From the human T2T-CHM13v2.0 reference genome, Homo sapiens: a DNA stretch of 64,000 bases. The notes beneath the pieces are model-generated. The model was not told where the DNA came from, did no database searches, and worked only from the letters and a program-made list of their open reading frames with translations. The translations under genes were made by a program, and so were the position numbers. The stretch lies in the NCBI RefSeq assembly GCF_009914755.1, contig NC_060930.1; one strand, 5' to 3'. Each line of letters starts with the position of its first letter. Within the stretch, counting starts at the first letter, position 1. Of the stretch, positions 61,321 to 64,000 are shown piece by piece.

Positions 61321-62363
61321 TTTGGATTATTTAAAGGAGCAGAACTTCAAGGATATATGGTCTTCCTGTTAGAGAATAAGAGAGAACAAGAAAAAGGGAG
61401 GGAGGGAAATGTTGAGCCCCACAGAAAGACTGGTTTGAGGTAGGGCTGCCTGCCCTGGAGTCCAACCTCCAATACTTGCCATCTCTGGCCTTAGAAAAGT
61501 TGCCTTGCCATTTCCAAAGTCCTGTTTGTTTCCCTGGAAAAGAGTTCCTATCTCCTTGCTATGGTTGTGGCGTGTGTTAATCGAGATAAGCATCTAGCAT
61601 CCTCCAAGGATAGAACATTACTTTACAGAGTAGCCTCTGGCTATTGGGGGCCCAGGGAACACCACTTTCTGGGATAGTAGCTAGAGAACACTTTACAGGT
61701 TTTGTCCAGTATTGATGCTGCCCTTGCTATTTTTCCCAAAGCAGTGACAGGCTGTTTTGGTTTTTTTTTCCTCTCTCTCTTTTCCATAATTTTCCTTAGG
61801 TTCTAAAACAGACATTGATCAGATCTTTAAGAAGGGTTTCCTACAGGTAATTCCAGTAGAAGATGTTTCTCCCCTTTCTTTACTTTTCAAGTGAAAAGTG
61901 AAATGTTCTGAGCATATATCAGTCCTGCAACCCTGGACTTATTTCACTATGTTCTAACCAAATGAGAAAGGAAGCGCCAACAGTTTTCAATGCAAACACA
62001 TAATTAAGGTAGTAAGATGTCTGAATTATAGATTTGGTGATCTACAATCAGCAGGTGCCTCAGATTCTTTCTGTATTACTGAAGTCTCTGGTTGCTTGCA
62101 TGGGTTGGAAATTAAAGGAATTATAAGCATTAAAGATTGAAGTTTAGTTCTATAAGGAACTTTAGCAATAATCTAGTGATAGTCAATGGATGTTAACTTT
62201 CTTTTTTAGAAGCATCTCTAAAATTATGATTCTCCTCTAAAGAATGTACCTTTCTCTAAAAAGTGCCCACATGCACATCCACATAAAATCTTTACAAACA
62301 TCAAGGGATTTGAGATCTCCCTGAAGCTGATTCATGGACCCTCCATTAAGAGTCCTGTATTAG

Positions 62364-63037
<674 letters not shown>

Positions 63038-64000
63038 AATCTCTAAGCTACTTAGGGAACTGCAACCCAGAGCGGTCCAGAGACTCAACCATGCACTCAC
63101 ATGAATGTTTAGCAGCAGAGGCAGAACCACAGCCTGGGGGTCCCATCACCCAGGCTTCCATACCACCCTGCACCCTCTCCATGCGCTTCCTCAGACCACA
63201 GTGTGCTGCTCCAGGAGCCTATGGGTGGAGTCCAGAGGGTCAGATTTGAGGGATGAGATGTGAGTGGAGGTGCCGTTCTTGCCCCAGGTCTCTGATGGCA
63301 TCAGGAGGAGACTTCAGCTCCAGAATGCTCTCCTTCCTCCAGATGCTTGGGCAATACCCAGGACAATACCCCAAGAAGTCAGCTCCTAATGATGGCTTCT
63401 TGAGGATCAGTAGGGCAATTATGGGGTGCTGATGTGAGCCAATGTGCTCTTTCCTCTACTATCAGTATTCAGCGTCCTCTGGGCCAATAGTCCCTACGCC
63501 TTGGAAAATTAAGGATTTTAGTAACAAATATTTAGAATCTATCGTCATGTTAACATTTAATGTCTTCAGTCTTGGTGTCCAGTGGCCCCTGCTCTCTCTC
63601 CTTCAAGGTGTGTGTCACATCTTTTCCAGGATCCTTTGAGGATGGTCACACCCCCTGCCACCATGGCCACAGTCTGTCTCCCCGGTAACATCCATCAGAG
63701 ATGGCAACTTGCTGCTCTGGAGCTGTTGCCTCAATTCTGTATTAAATCTATTCTAATGCTGTCTTTGAATGTCTGTATTTAAGATTATTTTATTATGGGT
63801 CTGTTTTTTGAGCAGATTGTTACTTCACACTTCACTTTCTGTTCTGTGTATGTGTGTGTACATGCCTGTAATCAGTGCGTGCGTGTGTGTGTGTGGGGGT
63901 GGTGGTATTCCTCTGTTGTTTGCAACACCTCCCAGTTGGGGATCATTTGTAAATTTAGTTAATGAGCATTTAACACATTCCCTTTGATGAAGCTGTTAAA

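Overview
Primate (human-like) non-coding genomic DNA, intergenic or inside a large intron. I find no credible protein-coding exon: the long ORFs are mostly Alu, LTR or microsatellite translations. About 48 Alu-family elements (roughly a fifth of the window) sit among old L1M/L1PB/L1PA fragments, L2, MIR, MaLR/ERVL LTRs (MST, MLT1, LTR16), HAL1 and MER elements, plus one decayed full-length U6 snRNA retropseudogene (54864-54970). Most interesting structures: (1) a ~1.33 kb insertion (31733-33063) with target-site duplication (TSD), AATAAA and an A-rich tail that splits an L1MB element and looks like an old retrocopy of an unidentified transcript or an RNA-L1 chimera; (2) an AluJ with an inverted 5' end in twin-priming geometry (56749-57047); (3) a CpG-retaining unique island with GC-box, AP-1/ETS motifs and a strong minus-strand splice donor (47960-49130); (4) candidate non-coding exons on the plus strand; (5) nested and tightly inverted Alu pairs; (6) two E-box/M-CAT enhancer-like clusters. 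I see no evidence for a new multi-gene system. Repeat subfamily calls are from memory of consensus sequences, and boundaries of old repeats are approximate.
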